Source: Eledone cirrhosa
Taxonomy: Eukaryota
NCBI GenBank assembly: GCA_964016885.1
Contig: OZ024749.1
Span: 34,410,001 to 34,474,000 of the forward strand
Length of the DNA stretch: 64,000 nt
Direction of reading: 5' to 3'
Shown here: positions 1 through 12,907 of the stretch, piece after piece
Layout: every line of letters starts with the position of its first letter
Numbering within the stretch: position 1 is the stretch's first letter
Position numbers and translations under genes: made by a program
Notes under the pieces: generated by a model
Told to the model about the DNA's origin: nothing
Databases searched by the model: none
Seen by the model: the letters and a program-made list of their open reading frames with translations, nothing else

Positions 1-1394
1 GGGACACCCTGTATATCATATGCACTACGTGTATAAGTACACACCTGTATCTCATTCATATAAACTGTGTATTTAATACTAATTTCACATATAGGTTTAT
101 TGTGTTAGAAATGAGGCCTACATTTCAAATTTGGTGGGGTTCTGTCTATTAATAGTTCTGAATGGGCCCGCCTGCATATGATTATCTATTTGTTGTTTTG
201 TATCAGGTCGCCATCATTTAAGTGAGTCAGCCCTCTCCAAATTGGCTCCTGTAGTTTAAACCATCAAATCCAGGTCGTGGTTCTAATTGAAACGTCATGA
301 GTTTACTGATGTGTGACATTCCTTCTACCCGATAGACAACTCATGTAAATGGATATTGTACACGACCACGCGGAATTCCATCATAACTATTTATGTTCTA
401 TTACAACGACTGCACTATTTTTAGCTATTTCCCATTCTCTGTACTATTTATAAACATAGTACATACTCATTGAAACATGGTAAACATTTAGAACCATTTT
501 TGTGTTTACCGACATTAAACGTTCAACAAAATCTGTTGCAAAATAGCAAACCTTATAAGCCCGACCCCAAAGTTTTCAATTCTTAATTGTTACAGGCACG
601 TTTCTTAGATGTTTAAGAAACGTTATTAGCAAGGTTTTAATTCGTCTTAGCAGACCGACATATTACTACTTAGCTTCATATAAACAAACTCACACACACT
701 CTTTCTGTTGCTCCATAAAAAAAAAAAGAATTTATTACGTAACACCAGAGGTTAGTTTACCTATATAACATATATGTCTGACAACGAATTCGACCTAGTT
801 ACCCCTATAACTCTAATAGCAAAGAAAAACCAAATATAGACTGAATAAAAATTTATGTTACAAGAAATTCAAATGCTAATCCTTGTTTTTCGTTATTATT
901 AAGATTAGAAATCATTTTTGTTCCGAAATTTACTGAACGTTTTATACAGTTGCAATTTCTAACATTAAATTCTTGCATTATAACAGATGTTTGTCATTTA
1001 TAAAGCCATAGTTGAAAGTTACTGTCATTTCAAATGTATATAATATTACAGCTGGTGTGTCATTCCACTGAAGGAATAGAAGGAGGTGGCATCACAAACC
1101 GTCCGCAGGCAATATAACTCTGTCTACAATTATAATTCTGTTCACACTGAATATGTTTTATAAGAATGATTTCTTCATTAGCTACATAGGGCTCACACAC
1201 ACATAAAAACAAACACATTAAAAATGCCAAATGACGGTTCAATGTGGGGTTGTTTTTTTTTCGAGTTAAAAAAAGTTTCACAAAAACGACAAACGTAAAA
1301 TTTCAACAATAAATTCTCCAATAGAGAGGAAACTTCCGAGGGTCACTCGTGGAGAAAGCCCATAAAAAACCACGGTCGTCCTGACCGCTAGGGC

Positions 1395-1568
1395 CAGTGC
1401 ATGATTTTGCATTGTGTTTAGGTGTGCTTAAGCACAGGGCCCCGTTGGCTAGGGGGAGGGTGCGGGCATCTTCCTGCCAAAAAATTGTTTTTACGATGAA
1501 TTTTGCAAATGTTTGGACCCTTATAACTTAACCAGCACAGGGCTTCATCTGTCCTAAATCCGGCACTG
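1395..1568. mobile_element. Degenerate hAT-like MITE
   Basis: Termini cagtgcatgatt ... aatccggcactg form imperfect TIRs. Flanks gctagggc/ggtatcgc match 5/8 as a possible 8-bp TSD. The internal part recurs near 1935-2003. Confidence 0.4.
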
Positions 1569-2604
1569 GGTATCGCAAGTATACGATCCCAGTATGTTTG
1601 ATAAAACTATCAAATCTAATAGTGGACCAGTGCCGTCAAGAATGACGGCAGTAGCGTTTAACATATTTAATTTTTGGAGTCCAGCCAACACTTTAACTAG
1701 ACACAATTTATGTTAAAACTTCTATAAAAGAAAAAAAGAAAGAAAGTTGGAGAAAGATCTGCTCAGTCAATTGCACTAATTACTCTCTAAGTAGTCTACA
1801 TACAAAATTTATTGGCTCGCAAAACAATTTATCAACTTCTTTACTAAGCACAACTAAGTTTTAGACAAGTTCATTGCTAATTGAACTGATTAAGTGCATT
1901 ATTTTATGCTTATTTTATTCTCTCTCGAGCCGTACTGGTTAAGTGTGCTTAGATGTGATTAATCACACGGCCCCGTTGGCCAGGTGCATCTTCCTGCCAA
2001 AAAAAGTGAACAAACTTGTGTTTTCCATTCTTCTAGATGCTGTTATTGCGGAAGTTTGTAACGAAAAGATAAACAGTTAATGTAATGGAACATATATATA
2101 AAAGATAATACTATATAATGATTAAGGTAACGTGTTTTTTGTAATGAGTCGCATGTATCCACTACAAGTTTATTGTATTTGTATAATATCGAAACATTAA
2201 CACATAAGTGAAGCATTGGAAGAATGTCAGGCTGTATGTTGTCTGAATTCAAATCATACTGAGGTCGACAAAGTACTATTTCAGTACTGGGGTCAATTCT
2301 ATCTCCATCTCTCTCTCTCTCTCTCTAAGAAGAAGAAGGAGAATTGTCTGTGTTCAGACTTGGAGAGGGCTGGGCACTGCCAGGTTTTAAATGCCTTCAG
2401 CCTGCTGTATATTTACAACGACGCCGCTACCACTTACTAATGAATTAAGCTCTCTCGTTATGTCATCACTATCACAATACACATTAGTTTCAGAATCCTA
2501 TTTCATTGCAAGGGATGTGTGGTGTGGTTGATTGAATTAGCTTTCCATGTTATTGCTTTGACCCAGGTCAATAACCGAATTAAAAAAATAAAAGAGAGAG
2601 ATAG

Positions 2605-2850
2605 AAATGGTCTGGCAGAACACTTTATTTGCTGATCTGAAGTCGGATTCCAGATTAACCCCAAAGTCCTCCTATATCTTAACTTTGGATACATTTACTG
2701 TCTCTGCTGCGACTTTTCATGCCTGCTCGTACCGCATGTACATGAAAGAGGACTTATTTCCGAGACAATCTTTGTAGGCCTCCTTCTTTGCTTGGATGGC
2801 ATCTTTAACTTCTTGATTGAACCAAGGGTTCCTCCTGTCACTAATTCTCC
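2605..2850 (-). mobile_element. Expander-like (RTE clade) LINE fragment, pre-RT linker, inverted
   Basis: Minus strand translates RRNPWFNQEVKDAIQAKKEAYKDCL...EDFGVNLESDFRSANKVFCQT with stops, typical of the RTE/Expander EN-RT linker. Confidence 0.7.
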
Positions 2851-2857
2851 GAATTAA

Positions 2858-3132
2858 AAGATCTCAACTCCGATATTACGAGCATACGGTTAGAAATTCT
2901 CGGGAAAGAATTGCTGAACAAATCTTACGGGCAAAACCAGCCGCAGGAGACCCAGGGGGTATACCCCCGAGCAAGACGGTTCGATAACATCCATGAGCTC
3001 GGCTGCTCTCGCTTGGAGATCCAGCCGGATCAATTGGAGACGATTGCTTCTGACAAGACCCGCTAGAAAGAATGTTTGAGGACTCTGCCCCCACGACCAT
3101 CTCAAGTATAAATGGGCGAAGAAGAAGAAGAA
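2858..3132 (+). mobile_element. Expander-like RTE LINE 3' end with (GAA)n tail
   Basis: Encodes ...RARRFDNIHELGCSRLEIQPDQLETIASDKTR..LRTLPPRP and ends gggcgaagaagaagaag. The same sequence recurs at 12270, 37715 and 56805. Confidence 0.75.
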
Positions 3133-3479
3133 AACTATTGACCCTCACACACAATGGCACACACGACAATAATTTTCGAGACAATCCAACAAATTGGCAG
3201 CATTACCGCGCGTTTTAGCGAGGCTAAGACACTGGAATAGCAAAGCACCCTCGCGGACATCACCTGATACAAAGCTATGGCGAGCCGCCAATAATGACAA
3301 AAACCTCCTTGTCATTAACTCTGCTCCGCAACAGTTTATGTGTGTGTGTGTGAGTAAAGTGTATGTGTGTGTGTGTAGTGTATGCGTATAGTCTATGTGA
3401 GTATATGTATGTGTGTGTGAGTATGTACGTATGTGTTAGTATGTGAGTGTGCGTGTATGTGTGAGTATGTATGCGTGTA

Positions 3480-3680
3480 GCGATTATGCCGTTAAGGAGA
3501 GAAAATTTGAAATGGTTTCATTGATGTCAGCTGATGAAGATGTGTAGGTTTGGTGTGAGGTGTTTAGGTTAGATCTAGTTGCTTAGATGTTGAAAGTTAT
3601 AAGGGAGTGAAAGGTGGTGTCATTTACATAAGAGTGGGTGTTGTTGGTGGAAGTGATGGCATGTAGGCTGTTGAGGTGTG
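3480..3680 (-). mobile_element. Decayed non-LTR RT fragment (CR1/L2/Jockey-like)
   Basis: Minus strand HLNSLHAITSTNNTHSYVNDTTFHS resembles the INDL...SYADDTT catalytic region. Confidence 0.4.
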
Positions 3681-3913
3681 TCTGTGTATGTGTGGTGTTG
3701 GTGGTGGCGGGGCGACAAAACCGAACCTAGAATCAGGGCTTCCGTGTAATATTGCAAAGTAGAACAAGTCTGCTTACGTGCCTCGTAGAGAACGGGAGTT
3801 TAAGGGAGGGTAATGGGGTTGATATTGACGAAACCAGGATCAATGATACCGATTGAATCGTCTCTTTTGTATAGGCTCTATCTCGCGGCACACCAGAACC
3901 TGAAAACCAATTG

Positions 3914-3974
3914 TATTTTATTTGACGATAGCGTACCAAAATACTGATACCCTTGAAGTATATATAATAAAATA
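3914..3974 (+). ncRNA. Degenerate type I hammerhead ribozyme (homolog of 5182-5262)
   Basis: Stem I tattttat/ataaaata, core TTGACGA...GAAG (two core mutations), stem II agcgtacca/tgataccct, stem III loop tatata. Confidence 0.6.
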
Positions 3975-4022
3975 AATATGGTTTTATAAAGATAGCTTCC
4001 ATTTATTAATATTAATATTATT

Positions 4023-4023
4023 G

Positions 4024-4061
<38 letters not shown>

Positions 4062-4071
4062 GGGGATTGAG

Positions 4072-4103
<32 letters not shown>

Positions 4104-4109
4104 GGATTG

Positions 4110-4149
<40 letters not shown>

Positions 4150-4159
4150 GGGGGGATTG

Positions 4160-4195
<36 letters not shown>

Positions 4196-4202
4196 GGGAT
4201 TG

Positions 4203-4235
<33 letters not shown>

Positions 4236-4251
4236 TAGAGAGGGGATTGAG

Positions 4252-4283
<32 letters not shown>

Positions 4284-4330
4284 GGGATTGAGATATATAT
4301 ATATATATAGAGAGAGAGAGGGGGGGGGAT

Positions 4331-4406
<76 letters not shown>

Positions 4407-4411
4407 GGGGG

Positions 4412-4451
<40 letters not shown>

Positions 4452-4512
4452 GATATATATATATGTTATAGAATACTATTAGCTTCTCGCTAAAACAATT
4501 TTTATACCTGTC

Positions 4513-4608
<96 letters not shown>
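4023..4608. repeat. Compound (AT)n(AG)n-GGGGATTG higher-order microsatellite plus (TA)n/(AG)n
   Basis: About 7-8 units of ttga(ta)n(ga)n ggggga, followed by pure TA and AG tracts. Confidence 0.95.
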
Positions 4609-4609
<1 letters not shown>

Positions 4610-5014
4610 TCCAACGGCTCACAATTTGATGCTGCAGGAAAGTTCCGATCCAAGAAACGAAATAAAGACAGACGGAATCCATACATTGATGGTGTTACGA
4701 GGAGATCCCGTATCTTACATGGTCGAATTCTTGGCTAGTGCAGTGCAACAACTGTTTTCACCAAACCTAACTCCCTACTTCAGTCTATCCACCTTCTATA
4801 CCTTGAACTGACAAATCTAACTCCTAACTTAAGCCCAACCCTAACCTATACACACATTGTTTGCAGAACGTAATCTTCGATAACAAACACATATAAAAAC
4901 CAAAAAGTTGCGAAGCGCAGTCAGGTACCTATAACTCCACCAAGCGCAGCAATAAATAAATATATATATATATATATATATGATATTAAATAAATGGAAA
5001 CTATATTTATAAAA

Positions 5015-5095
5015 CCATATTTATTTCGTTATATATATTTCAGGGATATCATATTAACAATATGCTATGCCATCTTCAGACAAAATACAATATAA
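5015..5095 (-). ncRNA. Type I hammerhead ribozyme, antisense copy in left arm of palindrome
   Basis: Exact reverse complement of 5182-5262. Confidence 0.7.
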
Positions 5096-5181
5096 ACAGT
5101 CTTATAAATAAATAGATACGACAACCTCCCAAATGCAAGGTGATTGAAAGGTATGTCGTATCTATTTATTTATAAGACTGT

Positions 5182-5262
5182 TTATATTGTATTTTGTCTG
5201 AAGATGGCATAGCATATTGTTAATATGATATCCCTGAAATATATATAACGAAATAAATATGG
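5182..5262 (+). ncRNA. Type I (minimal stem III) hammerhead ribozyme
   Basis: Stem I tattttgt(5190-97)/acgaaata(5248-55), extended by ttatatt/aatatgg. CUGAAGA at 5198-5204, stem II 5206-5234, GAAA at 5236-39, self-complementary AUAUAUAU stem III. AUA cleavage triplet ends at 5247. Confidence 0.75.
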
Positions 5263-5383
5263 TTTTATAAATATAGTTTCCATTTATTTAATATCATAAA
5301 TATACTCCAAATACTTGTTGAGTGCTTTTATATCAGTTATAAATATTTACTCGTTGTTAACCCAACAATTTAAATATAACTTT

Positions 5384-5419
<36 letters not shown>

Positions 5420-5813
5420 GTGTGTGTGTAATTATATAAATATATAACTATATATATTTAAATTTAATTGGCGGTAGCACTAAAACAGCGTTTAAGCATA
5501 ATAGAGGTGTACATGCAACATATATAAACATATACGTTTATATAAAATAAACATTCGAGTAGCCTCGCTATCAAAGAAAAAATTTTTTTCTTAACGAAAA
5601 AAATTTATTTTTTTCTGTTTTCTTCTGTGAATGTATCATAGAGTTGCCAGTATGTTTTGAGAATGTCAGACACCGCTGTTTCAAGATTGGTTAAGAGTAA
5701 GTGATTCAGTGAATTACTGGTAGTGGTACCGATATGAGCACTCGATGCACATGCAAAGTGTATATATTAAGAAAAACGAGGAAGTTTCGTTTACATTATT
5801 TAATGTTTTTTTC

Positions 5814-6060
5814 CTCATTTTAGATGGAAATGTGTTGCTTGACATCAATTTGGCTGTTCCTTCTAGCTGACTGCGTCGTAGCCTGATAGTAATTTGGTTG
5901 CTATTTCTAGCAGGTTGTATTAGTTCCCTCCTCATTTTAGATAGTAAAGTGTAACTTGACAACAATTTGGCTGCTATTTCTAGCGGATTGCGTTAGTTCC
6001 TTCCTCATAGATGGTAATGTGTAACTCGACAGCAATTTGACAGCTATTTCTAGCAGGTTG
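5814..6060. repeat. Degenerate tandem repeat
   Basis: Recurring ctcattttagat..aatgtgtaacttgacaacaatttggctgctatttctagc modules. Confidence 0.7.
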
Positions 6061-7052
6061 CATCGATGTGGGTGAAAGTGTTATTTTATTTTTTTATTTT
6101 CTTTTACAAATTTTAAGGGATCCTTTTAGCTTTCTTAGAAACCCATTTCAAATTAATAACGAGACAAATTTACCGATTTAAAATAAAATAAAATAAATAT
6201 TTGAAGAATATTAAATTTGAAAAGTACTTCTAATATTCCAAGAATATATTTACAGACATTTGATAACATCTGTAAAATAAAAATAATATATAATATATAA
6301 AATAATAAATTAATATTTAATATTCCTATAAAGCATTCTAGATACGAATGGAAATGCAATAAAATATATAAATGGGTATTAAAATAGATATTTGTTTTTA
6401 GAAGTTGAAAAAAATCTCTAAGAAAAGACAAAATAATATGTGCATATTACAATCTATTCGCAGAGATAAAAAAGAAAAATAAAGAAATTATATTTTTGAT
6501 AACGGAATGCAAGTGATAGTAAGTGAGGTATTGTTAGGTATAATGTAGAATTACACATACCATTCCCGACAGAGCTGGAAATAACTAACAGGAATTGTAA
6601 TCACTAAATAGAAACTGTAGTAATACAAGATAGCTAATGCAAGCTAACAAAACGATAAGCTGACTACTAAAGTTTCAAGTAAGAGTCATTAAGGCAAGCT
6701 TGGTTGTGGTAGTTAACATTGGTATATTTATTGGTGCTGAGGAGATATCAACCCAGAGTAACTGCTTAGTAGTCGGAATGAGGTGGAATTGGATGATCCC
6801 AGGGATATAATAAATAGTACAGCGATGTCTTCCGATATAAACAATTATTAAATTCTTAGCTGCCCTTTTTTAACTGCTGCGATGATTACCACAATTATAA
6901 CAATATGTAAATCTCTTCAAGACTGAACTACAACAAAATGAGGAACCTTTACTAAAGATTTCGTTTCCGTTTATGAAAATATATATTATCTCTCTGGTGT
7001 TTTCTGGCTGACTATTCTGTTTGTTGATTATACAATCAGTTAAGAATTACAG

Positions 7053-7089
7053 ATGGCAGCTGGAGCTTACCACGGCAGCTTGGTAAAAG
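7053..7089 (+). CDS. Candidate alternative first coding exon A (MAAGAYHGSLVK, phase-1 donor)
   Basis: ATG at 7053 with in-frame TAA upstream (7041). Consensus donor AAG|GTAAGT at 7089/7090. Lies in non-repetitive sequence. Confidence 0.55.
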
Positions 7090-9019
7090 GTAAGTTTTCT
7101 TCGAGACTATATTGTCCAATATTATGTCCAGGTGTTCTATTTATTTATATATATATATACACACGTATATTTATACTTCGTAATGGATTTAAAAAACACA
7201 TACACAAATAACAACCAAACCAAGAATGTAACAGTTTTCTAAGAGTTTAATGACAAATTATTGTGATTAACTTCCTGTTGATAATGATGTCATTGACATG
7301 AAAAATATTGCAGGTGTAAAAAACCTGACTTTCACTCGATATAACTTATTTTACTTTTACATCAAATAACAACAGAATTGATATTTTTGATAACCTTTAT
7401 TCTTTTAGAAATGTAATAAGCTATGTTATTTGTTCATAAACTGATGGAATTGGTAAATATAATAACCAAAGTTTAGCAACCAGCAGCAATTGATTATGGC
7501 TGTATAATATCATATATATCTATCGAAATATTTTTATATAAGTGCGTGTCTACCATACTTTATTTCTAAGAAAATCTTAAAATATATACGTCTATCGAAA
7601 CATTTTGATAAGTGTGTGTATACCGCACTTTATTTCTAATAAAATTTTATGCTGAAAACGTGTACATTATTCACACATGAAATATTCTTTACAATATTAA
7701 CAGTTTCTTGCGGTATAACTTTTGTTGGTAATTTTTATAATTGAATATGACAATGGTTCGTATTTTCCGCCAGCTTAACTGACCAGTCTTATGGCTGTAA
7801 ATTATTTCAGTGACCAGTCTTTTGACTATAACTGACCAGACTTCTGGCTACAAATTACTTAACTGGCCAGTATTCTGGTTCTATATACCGAACTTTTATA
7901 AACTTGTTATTTCGCTTTTTATTTTCACTTTTATGCAACAGACTTTTATTGTTCAACATTATTATTATTATTTTGTGGGGTAAAACTGCATAAATTCATT
8001 AAACATTTAAAATATATTTCAATATATTTCCTAATTTTCCAGTGTTAGTGTACATCGGCATATATATCACTTCATAGCTTCGTGATGTGGATTTCTGTTA
8101 AACAAATTGCCATGTCCATACCATACAGCATTCATGAGTATAGTACATACACCACACCACTTTCTTTAAACTGCATTATATATGTGTGTGTGTATAATAT
8201 ATATATATATATATATATCAAGAATATATGTATATGTGTGTGTATACATGCATGTATGTATATGTGTGTGTGTGTATACATGTGTGCATATGTGGATCTA
8301 TGTGTGTGTGTTGACGTTTTGTTTGTTATTCTTTCATTTTCTTCTCTACTAGAAAAGAGCCGTAATATTTTAACCTCGTACTTTGTTAAAGTTATTTAGT
8401 TTAAAAACCCAAGTTTATCTCATTTATTTTGTTCAGATTATTAACTGCATTTTTAGAGGTGACATATTCGGTATTTACGACTACACTATCTTTCTATCGT
8501 CATCAGGTGTTAAATCTATGGATGTGAAGATAATATCAGACTAAATTTGAAATAAAAAAACCTTCATTTATAAACCTAAGGGTAATAATAAATGTTCACT
8601 GCTAAGCATTTTAACGCAACTTCATTAAATATCAAACTAAACCAAACATTGGTGTAGATGTAAACTCGTCCCTAAAGAGATTAGTAGTTCAAAATATAAT
8701 CTTGATTAATAACAGCTTACCGCTGTCATCTATGCCTTTATTCTAGTTTCCCTTTATAAAATATTTTTACTTGGGGTATTGATTTATCGGAGACACTTGC
8801 GAACAAATCCCTGCTAGGTTAGCAACCTAGTTTCTAAATAATTGATTTTACTTTCAAATTTGACATTCCAGGAAATTAAATAAACCTCAAGACGAACGAA
8901 GTATGTCGGTGCGAGTTCGTATCATTGGCATGTGAGAAATATATTTGCCCGTTTCGTACATTGACAGAATTTATATTAAAAAAGAAATTAGGAAAAATAA
9001 ATGATACAGTTGTTGGAGT

Positions 9020-9350
9020 GGGGGAAGATCCGTGGGTGGGAGTGTGGAAAGACATGTGGGCGGGGTGGGGGAAGATCCGTACACTCAATAACACATCAAA
9101 ATAAAGGGGCGGGAGAAGACCTGTACACTCAGTCACACATCACAATTAAGGGGTCAGGAAAAGACCTATACATTCGATCACATACTACAACTAGGAATTG
9201 GGAGAAGACCGCAAGGGGCTGGAAGAAGACTTGTACACTCAATCGCACACCACAATTAGCGGTCAGGAAGAAATCCTGTACACTCAATCACATACTACAA
9301 CTAGGAGTTGAGAGATGGCCGGAAGAGGGACCTGTACACACTACAACAAG
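9020..9350. repeat. Degenerate ~45-bp minisatellite
   Basis: Repeats of gaagacctgtacactcaatcaca..acaa.tagg. Confidence 0.75.
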
Positions 9351-10329
9351 GCGCCCTGGAGTTTTTCTCTATTGTATACTAAAATAGGATAACTCGTCTT
9401 AACGCAGTTTCATTATAAAGTGCAAATGACATTTGTATCATTCTTTTGATCGAAATATTATTACGTACATCAATCTCCGGTAGAATTTAAATCCTCTTTG
9501 AATTCCTTTAGAAGTAATCAAAAACATAATAAAAATAAAATGATTCTTTTGATTAGGAAGGAATGCAGTTGATTAAATCAGCCTACCATTTTATTGGCGC
9601 TATTTCATCTACCAAAAATAAATCGATTCTAGTGCAGAATAACTCTGTTTAGGGAAGAGACAAGCTTGATATTATAAAACATTTCACCAGGATTTTTAGT
9701 TTGTGTTAGATACATATTAGAAACTAGATGCATTAAAAGTCTAGCTCTCTATTATTAGGACTGACTCTACCTCTCTATTAGTGTATTAACCTTCAGTTTA
9801 ACTTAATCTCCTGGACCACATGAAACCGCATTAGTGTGACATTCTTGAAAAATACATAACAATACTATGACTGCATCACATTAAAAATTAGATTTTAGTT
9901 TACAACAGATTTTCACATTGATCTGGCCATTAGTAAAGATGCTATAAACATTTGACTTAGCAAATCTGTTTTTAGATATTTTCTACTAAATCATTATAGA
10001 ATGTCAAGACTTAAAAAAGATGAAAGGTTTAGTGACAGCGATAAATTTGTTTTGCAAGGTTTTTTATATGAAATCGTGTGTTGAAACAAATATTGTTATA
10101 TTTGGGGAGGGTTATGTTGTTATAATATTGCCAGAAATATATTTCCGGCAATATTATAACAACAAAAGTTTAGCGTAATAGAACTTCTAGGGAAGAAATT
10201 ACACTTGATAAAATTGATCTTCCTTGTTATTTTACAAGAATTGCAGAAGAATAAATGAAAAACTTGGCCTTATAAGTAACCAAATGTAAGGGTTATAAAA
10301 ACCCCCTTTGGTCACAAATGACCAAGGGT

Positions 10330-10893
10330 TTTGCACTGAGAAAGTTCCCCTCCAAGGCACAAGTGTAGGCAAGGTGTTTTTGTGGAAGACCAGCAGTAAA
10401 TTATGCATACCAGTTAACCCTCTCCACACCAATACTGATGTTCAAGGGTAAAGCAAACGCTGATATACATTGGCACCAGTGAAGTTGCAACACATATATA
10501 CACTATATATACATTATATATACCCTATTTATGATATCCAAGGCAAAGGCGATACAGCTTGGCACCAGGGACGTGACAACATATATATATATATGTTATA
10601 TATACACTATATATGATGTTGTCCAAGGGAAAGGCAAAGACTGATACAGCTTGGCACCATTGATGTTGTAACTCATATATACACTATATATATATTATAT
10701 ATGATGTTGTTCAAGGGAAAGACAAAGGCTGATACAGCTTGACACCAGTGATGTTGCAATTCATTTCTACAGCTGAGTGAGTGGCAGCAACATGAAATAA
10801 AGTACCTTGCTCAAGGACACAATGTACCACCTGGTTTGGGAATTGAATTCACAACCTCAGGATTGTGAATCTGACGCTCTAACCACTAAGCCA
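10330..10893 (-). mobile_element. tRNA-derived SINE with internal 4x tandem amplification
   Basis: tRNA-like head at the right end (rc ggcttagtggttagagcg...gagttcaattc). The segment gatgttgtccaagggaaaggcaaag.ctgatacagcttggcacc occurs 4x with TA-rich spacers. An unamplified relative is at ~54825-55170. Confidence 0.75.
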
Positions 10894-11154
10894 ACATGAA
10901 TAATCAAACTTGTCATTATTGCTCTATTTTTTATGTAAACTCAGTTGTCTTATCTCAAGTAATATTAACAAGGCAAACAACCAAAATAACAGTCAGTCAC
11001 TATAAATAATAGTTGAGAAAATAGAGTAATGTACCCCTGGAGATGAACTGAGAAGCCTCAGAGATGTATGATTCAGTTCTTTACAAGCATTTTGTCTATT
11101 ATCTCCAGGGGTTCCTAACCCAATTTACGCATTTATAGTGATTAACTATTATTT

Positions 11155-11985
11155 GGTGGATTTGCAGTATCGGTAGAGTGTCGGACGCTATTCTTTGCAG
11201 CAGAGGGGTCAATAAAATAAAGCACCAGTAACATACTGGGGTCAATTTAATCGACTTTCCTCTCCCCCCCAAAAAAAATTACTGGCCTTGTGCCTATACT
11301 ATAAATCATTATTTCATCCTTATGGAGATCGATAAAATAAAGTACCAGTAACACACTTGGGTCGATTTAATCAACATCCCCTTACCCCCAAATTGTTGGC
11401 CTTCTGTCAAATCAGGAACCATTATTATGGTGGCAGTGGTGGATTGGCAGTATCGGTAGAGGGTCGGACGCCATGCTTTGACGCAGAGTTACGGCCCTTT
11501 CCATTCTGAGTTCAAATCCCGCCGAGGTTAACTTTGCCTTTCATCCTTACGGGGTCGATAAAATAAAGTACCAGTTATACACTGGGTAATTGCTGGCCTT
11601 GTGCCAAAAGTAGAAACAATTATTATGGTGACAGTAGATTGACACTATCAGTAGAGGGTCAGGCGCCATGCTTTGCAGCATAGAGTTATATCCCTTTATG
11701 GCCTGAGTTCAGATCCCGTCGAGGTTAACTTTGCTTTCATCCTTACGTGGTCGATAAAATAAAGTACCAGTAACGTACTGGATAATTGCTGGCCTTGTGC
11801 CAAAAGTAGAAACAATTATTAGTAGTCATTTCAGGGCAGTGGATTGGCAGAATTTGTAGAGTGCTTGACAAAATGCTTTGTGGCATTTAGTTACTGTCTT
11901 TTACATTCTGAGTTCAAAATCTCTCTGAGGTCAGCTTTCCCCCTCATCCTATCGAGATCAATAAAAAAAGTACCAGTTCAGTACA
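11155..11985 (+). mobile_element. Head-to-tail array of ~5 tRNA-headed SINEs with Meta/MESC-like central domain
   Basis: Repeated ggattggcagtatcggtagag...gagttcaaatcccgccgaggttaactttgcctttcatccttacggggtcgataaaataaagtaccag...aaacaattatta. Confidence 0.8.
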
Positions 11986-12269
11986 TGCATGCGTGCATGC
12001 TTATGTATGCACATACATAAGTTTCACATACATAAGTTTCACGGACATCAGCAAAGCTTTTGATATAATACTTTGTTGCTCAAGAAATAGCCAACATTTC
12101 ACTAGTTAACTCTAAACATCCCTCCTCCATCCAAATCTTCAGTGTCAGTGCCACAGAGAAGACCCTAACTATATCTAGTTGGTAGCATCTAGCTTCCTCC
12201 ACTAGTTCCTGCTCCTTACCTGTAATGGTTGAGATGTTCTAAGTTCCAACTGTTATGGGTTTTTTTTTT

Positions 12270-12513
12270 AATAGGCATGTGGATAGAATGTCTCAGGAAA
12301 GAATCACTGAACTCATTTTATAGGCAAAACCAAATGGCAAAAGACCCAGTGGTAGACCCTGAGCAAGATGGTTTGATAACATCCATGAGCTTGTCTGGTC
12401 TCGCTTGGGGATCCAGCCGGATCAGTTGGAGGTGGTGTTGATTCTGACAGGACCTGCTGGAAGGTGTGTTTGAAGACTCTGCCCCCACGACCCTCTCAAG
12501 AATAAGTGGGCGA
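12270..12513 (+). mobile_element. Expander-like RTE 3' fragment
   Basis: Homologous to 2880-3120. Confidence 0.7.
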
Positions 12514-12907
12514 GGAACTATTAACATCCTGTACCACATGGAACCACATTAGTAAAACATTTTTTTTTAAATACAAAGCAGCATTATGACTGCATCATAT
12601 TCAAATTTGAAATCTTTGTTGTGTAAATTTTCAGTAAATAATCTGTCCACTTGTAAAGTTATTAACAAATCTGTTTTTAGATATTTTATGCTAAATCATG
12701 GCAGGATGTTATGGTTGAATCGTGCTAAATGTTAGCTGGATAACTACCTCATAGGAAAACAAATTTACATTAAATTCAATGACATAACTTCTATAATGTA
12801 ATATCAAAATGATATGTTTTATCACTTCATGCTGTATGTAAATATCTAGTCTTCATTTCCTCACAATATACATCCTCTACTAATGTTGGACGCAGCTGTA
12901 CATGTTT

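Larger units (their letters stand above)
4979..5385 (+). mobile_element. Fold-back element: 145-bp perfect inverted repeat plus unpaired 3' tail, probable Penelope-like pLTR derivative
   Basis: Arms 4979-5123 and 5154-5298 with a 30-nt loop. An unpaired tail runs to ~5385. Flanked by (TA)n on both sides and contains a hammerhead motif. Confidence 0.7.

Noticed and set aside
4755-4850. Telomere-like cctaac repeats
   Set aside because: Few, degenerate and interspersed. More likely part of an unidentified repeat.
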